Source: a virus. From it: 64,000 nucleotides of DNA. The translations under genes were made by a program, and so were the position numbers. Shown here piece after piece: positions 7,327-15,516 of this stretch (the first letter of the stretch is position 1; the number at the start of each line of letters is the position of its first letter). The stretch is taken from the IMG/VR virus record IMGVR_UViG_3300025849_000018, positions 1-64,000 of that record. One strand, 5' to 3'. The notes below the pieces were generated by a model. That model had not been told where the DNA came from. It did not search any database and saw only the letters and a list, made by a program, of their open reading frames with translations.

Positions 7327-8571
7327 TTACTCACATATTTGTAAAGTATTGTCTTCAACACCTTCCTTGGACTTGAGAGTGAAATCGTTTTTAAGGAGTG
7401 TCGAATCGGATTGTTCGTTTATTTTACTATAGGTCATCCGTGTTCTGTTCATACTCTCAACCGCATTGGATTTATCAGTACCGTTATTATATATCAATCC
7501 TGATTCTGGATGTTCCCAAGTTATATCCGGAGAACTAAAGAAATTTGTGTCACGGTCAGCATAACTCATAATGCTACCATATCCTTCGAAGTCGGTATCA
7601 ATAGTTTCAGGTATAATCCATCCATACGAGTAATTATACTGTCCGGATTTTCTCGATTGCGGACTATATTGATCGCGGTCGTGCATCATTCCCAAGTTGT
7701 GTCCAACCTCGTGTGAGAATGTAATATTACCTCGATCATCGGGAATGCGATTATCTCTCTGATAACACTGTATGAATCCTTTGCTATACTGTCGTTCCAG
7801 TCGGTTATTGATCCAGGCTGCGCCACAAATTGTTGATGGTCTTGGTTCAGCAAAGATGTATGCCAAGTCAGCGTCATATTCATTCATATCGCTATCGACG
7901 GGTTCATACCAAAGATTTGACTCGTCGGGATCACGAAAGTCTTCGAGAAGTTCTATTACATCTCTTTCTGGATCAATTTCAGTTTCAATGTATGCAATAG
8001 CATTCAGATTGACATAAACACCACTCGCGGCATACAACTTGTTTGCCGCATCAAACTCTCTGTCAATTAACTCCTGATACGAACTTACACCTCTTTTTTC
8101 AAGGTCGAGATTGATGTCAATGTATACCAGAATATCTATTTGTGCAATCTCAGTGCTTTCTGGATTGTAGATGAAATTAATCGGGGTTCGTTGAGGTTGA
8201 CCATCACAATTTATATAGTTGAAGAAATCGTTATCCTCATCAATCACAGTTTTTGAGTATTCGCTCTCACATACTGTCTGTTCTAACCAAAGATTAGGAT
8301 CATCTGGATATACATCCTCTTCGTCATTATATCCATCACCATCGGTATCAGGTATGTAACCACATTCCGTGCTATTTGTTTCTATCAAATTGATTTCAAC
8401 AGTGCCATCACTGTATGTAACTTTCCGCAACAAATCAAATGAATCATCATCACAATACTGTGCATCACTCACAATGGTGACGGGCGCAGGACCGCTTGAC
8501 CCTCCGCCACACGCAACTAAAAAACATAATAAAAAAAGAAAACAATTTTTACTCTTCTGAAAATTGTCCAT
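7327..8571 (-). CDS. Lipoprotein metzincin zinc protease (reprolysin/M12B-like)
   Basis: LVA-CGGGSSG lipobox, TSP3-like DTDGDGYNDEEDVYPDDP, HEVGHNLGMMHD, Met-turn GSIMSY. Confidence 0.88.
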   Translation of the reverse strand: MDNFQKSKNCFLFLLCFLVACGGGSSGPAPVTIVSDAQYCDDDSFDLLRKVTYSDGTVEINLIETNSTECGYIPDTDGDGYNDEEDVYPDDPNLWLEQTVCESEYSKTVIDEDNDFFNYINCDGQPQRTPINFIYNPESTEIAQIDILVYIDINLDLEKRGVSSYQELIDREFDAANKLYAASGVYVNLNAIAYIETEIDPERDVIELLEDFRDPDESNLWYEPVDSDMNEYDADLAYIFAEPRPSTICGAAWINNRLERQYSKGFIQCYQRDNRIPDDRGNITFSHEVGHNLGMMHDRDQYSPQSRKSGQYNYSYGWIIPETIDTDFEGYGSIMSYADRDTNFFSSPDITWEHPESGLIYNNGTDKSNAVESMNRTRMTYSKINEQSDSTLLKNDFTLKSKEGVEDNTLQICE

Positions 8572-9016
8572 CGCCTTTATAAACTCCTATTCCAGGATAA
8601 TATACACCCTGGGTGTATTTAGGCATTCCATTGGCATCGTATGCCATATTGAGACAAACAAAATTCATTTTCAGTTCGCGCCTTTCGCCATAATACCCAG
8701 ACAACCAAACGCCAGAGGAAAGGTATGTTTGCATACTTCGAACATATGCTTCAAGAGAATACCACGCGGCCTTCTCTTTCACATCTTTAGACAATTTATG
8801 TTGCCTTTTCGCTTTGAGTTCTTCGCGACATGCTTTAATCCAAGACTTCACCCTAACAGCTGACAGGGGGTGATCATCCTCCAGATTACGAATGCTTTCG
8901 TGAATAGAAACATTCTTAGCGGGTGCCTTTGCTGCTCTTGCCAGCGCCAGTCGTTCTGCCGCAGCAGCACGTTGCTCAGGCGTCATTGGTTTTCTTTTCT
9001 TACGAACTTTTTCCAT
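8549..9016 (-). CDS. Conserved T4-like hypothetical basic protein
   Basis: MEKVRKKRKPMTPEQRAAAAERLALARAAK; start reassigned to TGATG overlap at 9016. Confidence 0.75.
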   Translation of the reverse strand: MEKVRKKRKPMTPEQRAAAAERLALARAAKAPAKNVSIHESIRNLEDDHPLSAVRVKSWIKACREELKAKRQHKLSKDVKEKAAWYSLEAYVRSMQTYLSSGVWLSGYYGERRELKMNFVCLNMAYDANGMPKYTQGVYYPGIGVYKGDGQFSEE

Positions 9017-9300
9017 CACATTTCCCTTAATATTGTAGAGGCAAGTAAGAATCCCGAAACGGCATTCAACATAATCAGGGCCCGATCTTTCCAAATGATC
9101 GAAACCCAAGTCCATAGTATAATGCCTAAGAACCCAATTGTCAAGTCATACATCCGATATTCGGGACCTGCTGACCTCATTGCCAAAGAAGCCATTATAA
9201 GAATCGAAGCAACCCACTTTAAGTACCAGTCAAAATTTTCCGGATACCATTGTCGATCTGGTTTTACTTTACCTTTCACTAATCGTATTCCTCCTGACAT
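9016..9300 (-). CDS. Small multi-pass membrane protein
   Basis: Three hydrophobic segments; WYLKWVAS...W.DRALI.LNAV. Confidence 0.8.
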   Translation of the reverse strand: MSGGIRLVKGKVKPDRQWYPENFDWYLKWVASILIMASLAMRSAGPEYRMYDLTIGFLGIILWTWVSIIWKDRALIMLNAVSGFLLASTILREM

Positions 9301-9470
9301 TTCAAATCATAAGTGGGTGCATTCTCATGATACACGACACACTTCTTCGGTACAGGCATGTCAATATAATCTTTCAAATCAAAATGGTAGTATGCTACAA
9401 CTAAAAAAGGAACCATACCAAATAGTAATGCTAAACTTTGATAATAATAAACCCTTTGATCTCTGGTCAT
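9279..9470 (-). CDS. Small membrane protein (63 aa)
   Basis: SD GGAG before MTRDQRV; one TM segment. Confidence 0.65.
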   Translation of the reverse strand: MTRDQRVYYYQSLALLFGMVPFLVVAYYHFDLKDYIDMPVPKKCVVYHENAPTYDLKCQEEYD

Positions 9471-9483
9471 TTCGTTCTCCCAT

Positions 9484-9726
9484 TTACTGGCGTGGTATAT
9501 TCGATGTTTCTCTTCCGGAAAGAGTTTCACTGACAGCGTAGTCAGTATTTTGATTCGCGTCAAAAATATTGAATAACATCTCGCGTAGATCGTCTTTGGT
9601 CCAGTCACCACCCAACTCAATGAGTTCCTTGCGACGAGCAAAATAATATGCCTCCACCGCATTAATCTCCTCAGAGAGATTGCCATATGCTACCGAACGA
9701 ATTTCGTGTGCGTTCATCATGATCAA
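9484..9726 (-). CDS. Hypothetical early protein
   Basis: SD GGGAG; tandem arrangement. Confidence 0.7.
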   Translation of the reverse strand: MIMMNAHEIRSVAYGNLSEEINAVEAYYFARRKELIELGGDWTKDDLREMLFNIFDANQNTDYAVSETLSGRETSNIPRQ

Positions 9727-9731
9727 ACTCC

Positions 9732-9920
9732 CTAACTATGGTTACCATTTTCGCGGCATTGCCACGATGCATAAAGCTGTTCTAAAATACAATCTTCCAC
9801 AGCGTCCAGTTTAATACTGAGCGAGTCGTCACCGTTTTGATAGGCTTTGTTGCTCTTGCTTATGAGAGCAGATCGGATTATTTGTACTTGCTCGCCAGTT
9901 AGTTCTAAGTTAAAATTCAT
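9732..9920 (-). CDS. Hypothetical early protein
   Basis: TAATG coupling with upstream ORF. Confidence 0.7.
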   Translation of the reverse strand: MNFNLELTGEQVQIIRSALISKSNKAYQNGDDSLSIKLDAVEDCILEQLYASWQCRENGNHS

Positions 9921-10348
9921 TACGCAGCCTCCTCGACTTTGACAAATTTAATTTCACGCTTACCATCCTGATCCTGCAACCAAGTACGGAACCCTATAAC
10001 ACGATTGCTCATATCGTAGGACTTCTGATCTCGAAGACAGGCGAGAACACCGTCCTCAAGCCAAGCATAAATGGCAGTGTCCCACTCCTCAACTACCGTA
10101 TCAGGATTGAAGTCGATGTCATCGACCAACAACTCGCCAACGATAAACTCCTCGGAGTAATCAGAGCGATGTGCAATGCAACGACCCACATTGGCATAGA
10201 ATCCAGCGTCCTGCGCCTGTTCGAGAGTACACTCGACAACATAGGTGTCACCACCTTTGTTCTTCCAGTACTGAGGACATGCACCCTCACCGTCCCAGTC
10301 GTGGGCACCATAGTTCTCACGGAATTGTGTGTAGATAACTAGTTTCAT
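9920..10348 (-). CDS. Conserved phage hypothetical early protein
   Basis: TQ.RENYGAHDWDG.G.CPQYWK.KGG motif; ATGA coupling. Confidence 0.85.
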   Translation of the reverse strand: MKLVIYTQFRENYGAHDWDGEGACPQYWKNKGGDTYVVECTLEQAQDAGFYANVGRCIAHRSDYSEEFIVGELLVDDIDFNPDTVVEEWDTAIYAWLEDGVLACLRDQKSYDMSNRVIGFRTWLQDQDGKREIKFVKVEEAA

Positions 10349-10569
10349 CGCAAATGTACCTCATGGTTAGGGTTATGCCAGAACTCTGACACGTCTGCAT
10401 AAAGAACGACACACTGGTCGTGTTGATAGTACTCACGCAGGTTTAAAACAAAATTGGTTAGGGTAGAACACCACTCTTGGGTGATGTCGTTACCATAGTT
10501 CCACCTATCATAGGCAGACTTGATGTAAGACATGGGTAACGGGGTAGGTAACTTTTTATTCATAATCAC
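10345..10569 (-). CDS. Hypothetical early protein
   Basis: First ORF after consensus promoter; start probably 10563. Confidence 0.7.
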   Translation of the reverse strand: MIMNKKLPTPLPMSYIKSAYDRWNYGNDITQEWCSTLTNFVLNLREYYQHDQCVVLYADVSEFWHNPNHEVHLR

Positions 10570-10597
10570 TTACTCTCTCATCTCAACTTATGTAACC

Positions 10598-10664
10598 ATT
10601 ATATGATAAACCAAGGTCTAAGTCAATCGTTCAATTTTCTCAATAAAATCAATGACTTACGCGG
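10598..10664 (-). promoter_or_regulatory. Early promoter cassette 1: IHF box + sigma70 promoter
   Basis: TTGACT-N17-TATAAT (10626-10598); AATCAATGACTTA (WATCAANNNNTTR) at 10647-10659. Confidence 0.85.
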
Positions 10665-10878
10665 CATTTGATACGGCCGCAGAGGAACGATCTCCCCAAC
10701 GATCATAGTTTTCCTGCACTCTCACTGTTAGTTGATCGCGAGATTGTCCTAGAAGACGTTCGGCCTCGTCCAGTGCGTTGGTGGAGTGATATTCGATGTT
10801 TGCTGCGGGGTCTATAATTGTTCGCGCAATCAGCAGTTCGCCGCATACATTGTGGATCGTGATTCTTTTTGCTAACAT
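10657..10878 (-). CDS. Hypothetical protein
   Basis: SD AAGGA; follows upstream ORF by 10 nt. Confidence 0.7.
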   Translation of the reverse strand: MLAKRITIHNVCGELLIARTIIDPAANIEYHSTNALDEAERLLGQSRDQLTVRVQENYDRWGDRSSAAVSNAA

Positions 10879-10888
10879 GATTGATTCC

Positions 10889-11197
10889 TTATTGTTGCAT
10901 TCTAGAAATTTCTGTAGCCTGTTCTTGATTGATCACTGGGACAAGATTGGATTTGTGCATCGTGGCAATGCCGCGTACAAGAGTGCCAGTGTATTTTATC
11001 GGATCGACCCGAGAGGTAGAACCGTCACAACTTTCACAGGAAGGGGCATTGTCGAAGATTGTTTCTCTCCTATATGCCGAAGTTACTTCTAACTTGCGAA
11101 AGGCCGGTGATTTGTATTTTCCATATACCTCACCCTTGGTCACTTTCTTTTTTCGCTTTCTACCTGTTTGATCATAATTTAGATTTGCATGGAACAT
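10889..11197 (-). CDS. Conserved T4-like hypothetical protein
   Basis: C-terminal YTGTLV.GIATMHKSNLVPV motif recognised from T4-like phages. Confidence 0.8.
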   Translation of the reverse strand: MFHANLNYDQTGRKRKKKVTKGEVYGKYKSPAFRKLEVTSAYRRETIFDNAPSCESCDGSTSRVDPIKYTGTLVRGIATMHKSNLVPVINQEQATEISRMQQ

Positions 11198-11254
11198 AAT
11201 ATACTATCACAATTTTGAACACAGTCATAATGATACTATAAAAAACTTACAGTG

Positions 11255-11515
11255 TCAATTGATTTTCTTTAACTCGTAATCAAACTTTTCCGTACAACGA
11301 AGTTCAATCCGACTGTTGTCGTTTGAAATGCCTATCAGTTGATTTTGTGTGAGTTTATCAATACGTCTCATTCTAAAAACTTTTTTTGATTTTATTTTAG
11401 TCTTCATCGTTTCGGATTTTATTTCTTCTGACACAAACCAGATGGACACTTCAAATAAATTTGGTTGAAATATTTTAGCAATAGGTTCCCAGAAACGCAA
11501 CAGTGTTTTCTTCAT
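11255..11515 (-). CDS. Hypothetical protein
   Basis: ATGA coupling with upstream membrane ORF. Confidence 0.7.
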   Translation of the reverse strand: MKKTLLRFWEPIAKIFQPNLFEVSIWFVSEEIKSETMKTKIKSKKVFRMRRIDKLTQNQLIGISNDNSRIELRCTEKFDYELKKIN

Positions 11516-11814
11516 TTGTTTTTACCGTCTCCACTTGAACTGGTATATAACCCAAACCACGCGGCACCGGTGCCGACAATAATGCTGATCAATCCCGACT
11601 GTTCAATAGTTGGATTTTCGAGGTTCATAAACCACATGGTCGAATAATACAATAAGAAGGTGTATACACCTAGGAAAACTCTGGGAAATATTCTCCAAGC
11701 GTCCACTGCTTTGGCTAAGTCAATCCAATTCTGCCATTGATTCTGGCTACTGTCTACAGTCTTCGTATCAACTTCTAGTTGAATCTGTAATGTCCTTTTT
11801 TCTATATCCGACAT
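11512..11814 (-). CDS. Two-TM phage membrane protein (holin-like topology)
   Basis: DAWRIFPR + TM1, PT.EQSG + TM2 GAAWFGLY. Confidence 0.75.
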   Translation of the reverse strand: MSDIEKRTLQIQLEVDTKTVDSSQNQWQNWIDLAKAVDAWRIFPRVFLGVYTFLLYYSTMWFMNLENPTIEQSGLISIIVGTGAAWFGLYTSSSGDGKNK

Positions 11815-11854
11815 AAGTGACCTTCAAAATTTATTTTTATTGTAATATTTGAAT

Positions 11855-12160
11855 AGGTGCCACACTTTGATAACAAGGCAGTGGCCTCCTCGGAAGATTA
11901 TGCCGCTAGGGCTATATCTCCATAGTAGTTGTCATTTGCAGCAACTATAGTTTTGAACCACCGTTTTTACAGTCAGCGTTCATGGACTGATTCTCCACAT
12001 TGCTTTCGGTTGCCCGTCGATTCCGTAACGCCCCCATCAAAAGTACACTACCCGCTTTATCAGATACGTTCCAGACTTAACTGGAATAGTGTACTTTTGG
12101 TGGAGGCGGCGGGAGTTGAACCCGCGTCCGCACTTCCTATTTACAATGTTTCATCGAATA
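11855..12160 (-). ncRNA. ssrA: Circularly permuted (two-piece) tmRNA, tag ANDNYYGDIALAA
   Basis: Acceptor piece ...GGACGCGGGTTCAACTCCCGCCGCCTCCACCA (CCA ends 12098), intervening hairpin 12036-12097, coding piece starting GGGGGCG at 12035 giving G3.U70; tag ORF 11939-11898; outer ends approximate. Confidence 0.95.
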
Positions 12161-12164
12161 ACTT

Positions 12165-12172
12165 TATTTATA
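12165..12172 (-). promoter_or_regulatory. T4-type late promoter for tmRNA
   Basis: TATAAATA directly upstream of acceptor piece. Confidence 0.75.
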
Positions 12173-12175
12173 GTA

Positions 12176-12628
12176 TTAGAGTTTCATTACTTCATCAGCA
12201 TACACATACTGATATTTATGAGCCTCAACTTCCCAAGGCAGATCAAAATAATCAACCTTCTGCGAATCGATTCGTCGTCCTTTCCAGTTACATACATCCA
12301 ACATTGTTACCAAATCCCGAAGTTCACCTCGGGCATATTGTTTGACATGGATCATCTCATGAACGATCGTGGCAACGAAGTCGCGATTGGACAACTTGGT
12401 GTCCACACGAATCTCGAAATCGCGGGGCAATCTATTCTCACAGTCGATATAGTTACAGTCGCCATGTATACCCTCTCGATCCTCAAGACTTGCGTCACCC
12501 AGTATTTTGACCGACAAAGATTTTGCCATGCGCGGCATCATTTTAGAAACATAAAAATCAATAGTCTCGAATGCCAGTTTCTTCTGTGCCTTTGATAACT
12601 TGCGATATCTTTTTTCGGTCAGTATCAT
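12176..12628 (-). CDS. SprT-like zinc metallopeptidase domain protein
   Basis: T..HEMIHVKQY..GEL and Y.DLPWE.EA motifs; TAATG coupling. Confidence 0.85.
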   Translation of the reverse strand: MILTEKRYRKLSKAQKKLAFETIDFYVSKMMPRMAKSLSVKILGDASLEDREGIHGDCNYIDCENRLPRDFEIRVDTKLSNRDFVATIVHEMIHVKQYARGELRDLVTMLDVCNWKGRRIDSQKVDYFDLPWEVEAHKYQYVYADEVMKL

Positions 12629-12789
12629 TAACTTACATCCTTTTCGGTATACTTCCAACTCAGAGATGGAAATTCTGTTTTAAGTAATTTCGTTAACTCT
12701 TCCGCTAACCATTGATTGCAAGCTGTCCAAGTATAGGGCGATTCGGTCTGACCCTCATATGTTATCATATATATCAATGCGTCTCTCAT
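12628..12789 (-). CDS. Hypothetical protein (53 aa)
   Basis: Start reassigned to MRDALIY (ATGA coupling). Confidence 0.6.
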   Translation of the reverse strand: MRDALIYMITYEGQTESPYTWTACNQWLAEELTKLLKTEFPSLSWKYTEKDVS

Positions 12790-12866
12790 ATTGCCAGTCC
12801 CATCATAATACCCAACATTGCTCCAAGTGACATCATCACTAAAACTCCGATCACTGTGTCTTTCAT
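12786..12866 (-). CDS. 26-aa single-TM microprotein (not in ORF track)
   Basis: MKDTVIGVLVMMSLGAMLGIMMGLAI*; ATGA overlaps at both ends. Confidence 0.65.
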   Translation of the reverse strand: MKDTVIGVLVMMSLGAMLGIMMGLAI

Positions 12867-13120
12867 TTACAATACCTATTGTGAATGTATATGTCGAGTC
12901 GTTTTGCGTTATCGTATTTGTTGCCGACGAGATCACCCCAACGATTATATCCACAACCCGCTATCTTTTGTATTGGTTCGCGTCCTTTGACACTCACTTG
13001 GACATCAGATCGACTTGATGAAATAGTAAGGCGAATCGTTTTCAGAATTTCCATATCTACAAATGATTTTGGATCTAATGAACAAACATATGCCGGGGTG
13101 CGATTAGGTTTAACTTCCAT
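12863..13120 (-). CDS. Hypothetical early protein
   Basis: First ORF after promoter cassette 2. Confidence 0.75.
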   Translation of the reverse strand: MEVKPNRTPAYVCSLDPKSFVDMEILKTIRLTISSSRSDVQVSVKGREPIQKIAGCGYNRWGDLVGNKYDNAKRLDIYIHNRYCK

Positions 13121-13146
13121 AACAAATTTCTCTCAACTGAAAGACC

Positions 13147-13213
13147 ATTATAGGATAGTTCTAGGTCTATGTCAACCTTTTTATTTTTATAATAAAATCA
13201 ATGACTTACGCGG
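13147..13213 (-). promoter_or_regulatory. Early promoter cassette 2: IHF box + sigma70 promoter
   Basis: TTGACA-N17-TATAAT (13175-13147); AATCAATGACTTA at 13196-13208; 23-bp block identical to cassette 1. Confidence 0.88.
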
Positions 13214-13215
13214 TA

Positions 13216-13416
13216 TCAGAGTTCCCAGTCAAGATGAATATCGAACCTACATTCGCGGTCACTCAAAGATTCGAAGCTGACCTGACATTCGTTATAACCT
13301 CTATCCTCAATGGTGCGGACGGTAACTGACACATCCGGCATAGGTATAACGGCACAGGAACAGACTGACACAAAAATTAACGCCAGTATGAGTTTAGTAG
13401 AATACTTCTTCCGCAT
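13216..13416 (-). CDS. Small putative lipoprotein
   Basis: Basic N-terminus, hydrophobic stretch, VCS-C. Confidence 0.6.
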   Translation of the reverse strand: MRKKYSTKLILALIFVSVCSCAVIPMPDVSVTVRTIEDRGYNECQVSFESLSDRECRFDIHLDWEL

Positions 13417-13759
13417 GTCCTTCTCTTAACATAATTTTGGTTAAGGACATCTGAGAATCATATTTTGCATCATAAATTTTGAAGTCGCCGATGATGCGAC
13501 CATACTTACCCAACTCACCATAATACTTGCGACTCAACAACACCTGTTTTGATCCAACGGGTAAAAGTTGTTCAACAAATTTCGCGGCACTCAGTCCTCG
13601 TTCTTTTTCTTCTAGGTCTCTCGTTCTGACCTCGGGCGCATCAATGTTGAATAACCGTATTCTCTGATTTGATAATACGACATTGAAACCCAAATCGATC
13701 GAACAATCAACCGTATCTCCGTCAACTATTCTTTCTATTGTGCAATGATATTCATACAT
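13394..13759 (-). CDS. Staphylococcal nuclease (thermonuclease)-like protein
   Basis: IVDGDTVD..IDLGF, RIRL.NIDAPE, GKYGRIIG. Confidence 0.92.
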   Translation of the reverse strand: MYEYHCTIERIVDGDTVDCSIDLGFNVVLSNQRIRLFNIDAPEVRTRDLEEKERGLSAAKFVEQLLPVGSKQVLLSRKYYGELGKYGRIIGDFKIYDAKYDSQMSLTKIMLREGHAEEVFY

Positions 13760-13982
13760 ATTGTGATCCGTAGAACTTAATATTAGAGTCAGAACTGTCT
13801 ATAATCATACAGTCCTTTCTGAGAACGAAATTTATGTATCCTGATGGTTCTAACGATTTGAATTCAGTATCATTGCCGTCATCAAGTAAAGGAACATAAT
13901 GACCAACATACTTGGAATACCACATAGATTGGTCTCGGCATCCTGTAATCAGTAATACTTTAGTCTCAAACACTGTTGACAT
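13752..13982 (-). CDS. Hypothetical protein
   Basis: Start reassigned to MSTVFETK just after upstream stop. Confidence 0.65.
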   Translation of the reverse strand: MSTVFETKVLLITGCRDQSMWYSKYVGHYVPLLDDGNDTEFKSLEPSGYINFVLRKDCMIIDSSDSNIKFYGSQYV

Positions 13983-13983
13983 T

Positions 13984-14205
13984 TTATAGATCGTCATCGA
14001 GAATGCTGATACAACCATCAACTATTTCACGACTCTCAACATATTGTTTAACCTGTGATTCCACTGCTTCAATGATGTCGGGGTGTTCACCAATACCAAC
14101 GGCGCGTTCATATACATTAATGTTAACTAACGCAGTACCCATCATTGCTTCATGCTTTTTTTGTATTGCTAATAAAATATCTCGTTTCATGTTGTCATTG
14201 TCCAC
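13984..14205 (-). CDS. Conserved phage hypothetical protein
   Basis: VGIGEHPDIIEA motif common in T4-like phages. Confidence 0.8.
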   Translation of the reverse strand: MDNDNMKRDILLAIQKKHEAMMGTALVNINVYERAVGIGEHPDIIEAVESQVKQYVESREIVDGCISILDDDL

Positions 14206-14208
14206 GGT

Positions 14209-14481
14209 TTACTCCACATCAGTTGTTGCGATTCCACAACAGGAATCATACGATATCACCGAATCCCACCGAAAAGATCGCCAAGAGTCCAAATCAACTT
14301 CATACACCGGTTGCACCTCTTCATTCACACTCCTGTCAGTGTTCTTTGGCACCTTATCGGATGGAATCAAATCGTTGTTTAAGGTGCCGGTAATGGTTCT
14401 TTCGGTACCATCTTTTTTTGTAAAGGTTATCTGACAAAGACCTGATCTCAGATAGTGTTCAATTTCTTTCTTAATCATCAT
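14209..14481 (-). CDS. WYL/SH3-like small protein (DUF2693-like)
   Basis: ITFTKKDGTERT..GTL...WRSFRWDSV. Confidence 0.8.
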   Translation of the reverse strand: MMIKKEIEHYLRSGLCQITFTKKDGTERTITGTLNNDLIPSDKVPKNTDRSVNEEVQPVYEVDLDSWRSFRWDSVISYDSCCGIATTDVE

Positions 14482-14487
14482 TACCTC

Positions 14488-14646
14488 TCAACCCTCTAAA
14501 ATCACTTGTCCCAACGCGAACTTAACTTGGTCTTCATTTAGTCCTAACAAACGAAGTTCTCTTTCTGCGACATCTTTATCAATTTCAAAATTTCGAAATT
14601 GTTCTGCAATCTCCTGCACTTTAAATGAATCTTCAAACCTTGTCAT
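14488..14646 (-). CDS. Hypothetical protein (52 aa)
   Basis: SD GAGGAG before MTRFEDS. Confidence 0.7.
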   Translation of the reverse strand: MTRFEDSFKVQEIAEQFRNFEIDKDVAERELRLLGLNEDQVKFALGQVILEG

Positions 14647-14688
14647 AAACAACTCCTCTCTATGATTAAAATAAAAATCGTGCATGAT

Positions 14689-15276
14689 TTATAATCCGGT
14701 GATCAGATTGTAAATCTCTCTCCAGTTGTTTAACCTAAGTCCCGGACCTTCATAGTTATAGTTATAATCTTGCGCCATTAGAATGCCATCTAAACCCATT
14801 TCAACACCAAGGTCGCAGTTGGACATTTTATCCTCCAACCAATAACAACCACTGTCCCGATAGGGTTCAAGTGCCTCGTCCTTGTCAGCACCGCAATCGA
14901 GTATAATAAACTTCTCAAATGCGGTAGGTCCAAAAAGTTCGCAGAGATTTTTAACTCGCAAGTGTTGCGCGTATTCAACATCCGTCTGCGAAGTGATTAC
15001 ATGGAAGACATAACCATGCTCTTCGTGTAACTTGCGAACATATTTAATCGCGTCTAAATGTGGTGGTATTTTGCGAATCCATGCTGACTCATTAAACATC
15101 CGTGTTAAACGGGACTTATCGGCCATACCAATGTCATATCTTTCTTTGATAGAATACATATGGGATGCATTATTTTGTATTTTGTAACCGTGCTTTCGCA
15201 TCCACATATCGAAGGAGTACATCCAGTCTACCAGAACGCCATCACAATCAGTCAAAATCAATTTTTCTTTCATCAT
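14689..15276 (-). CDS. HAD-family phosphatase / 5'-nucleotidase-like (T4 gp30.2-like)
   Basis: LTDCDGVL motif I, VITS, K, WLEDK..N. Confidence 0.88.
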   Translation of the reverse strand: MMKEKLILTDCDGVLVDWMYSFDMWMRKHGYKIQNNASHMYSIKERYDIGMADKSRLTRMFNESAWIRKIPPHLDAIKYVRKLHEEHGYVFHVITSQTDVEYAQHLRVKNLCELFGPTAFEKFIILDCGADKDEALEPYRDSGCYWLEDKMSNCDLGVEMGLDGILMAQDYNYNYEGPGLRLNNWREIYNLITGL

Positions 15277-15464
15277 TTAGTCCAATCTCGTGTAACTTCA
15301 TCAATGTCAATCAGGTCTCTCTCCGACAAGCTTGTAAGGCAGTCTTCTATGCCGTTCTTATACGCTTCATGCATGGCATCGCCGGACCTGCCTTTATATA
15401 CGCCATAGTAATATGCTATTGCCAGAAGTATGGTTGCGATGAATGTGTGTAACAATGGATTCAT
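15273..15464 (-). CDS. Small membrane-anchored protein
   Basis: SD AGGAG; N-terminal TM. Confidence 0.75.
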   Translation of the reverse strand: MNPLLHTFIATILLAIAYYYGVYKGRSGDAMHEAYKNGIEDCLTSLSERDLIDIDEVTRDWTK

Positions 15465-15487
15465 GTCTTTCTCCTATCTCTTCATAT

Positions 15488-15516
15488 AGTATATGTGATA
15501 CGGAGTGGATTGTCAA
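15488..15516 (-). promoter_or_regulatory. sigma70-type promoter opening the accessory island
   Basis: TTGACA-N17-TATACT. Confidence 0.8.

Noticed and set aside
8870-9541. 223-aa plus-strand ORF and other antisense track ORFs (e.g. 4170-4448, 26916-27485)
   Set aside because: Overlap well-supported minus-strand genes or RNAs; no motifs or promoter support
11929-12595. Plus-strand ORFs of 138 and 168 aa
   Set aside because: Antisense shadows of the tmRNA and the metallopeptidase gene
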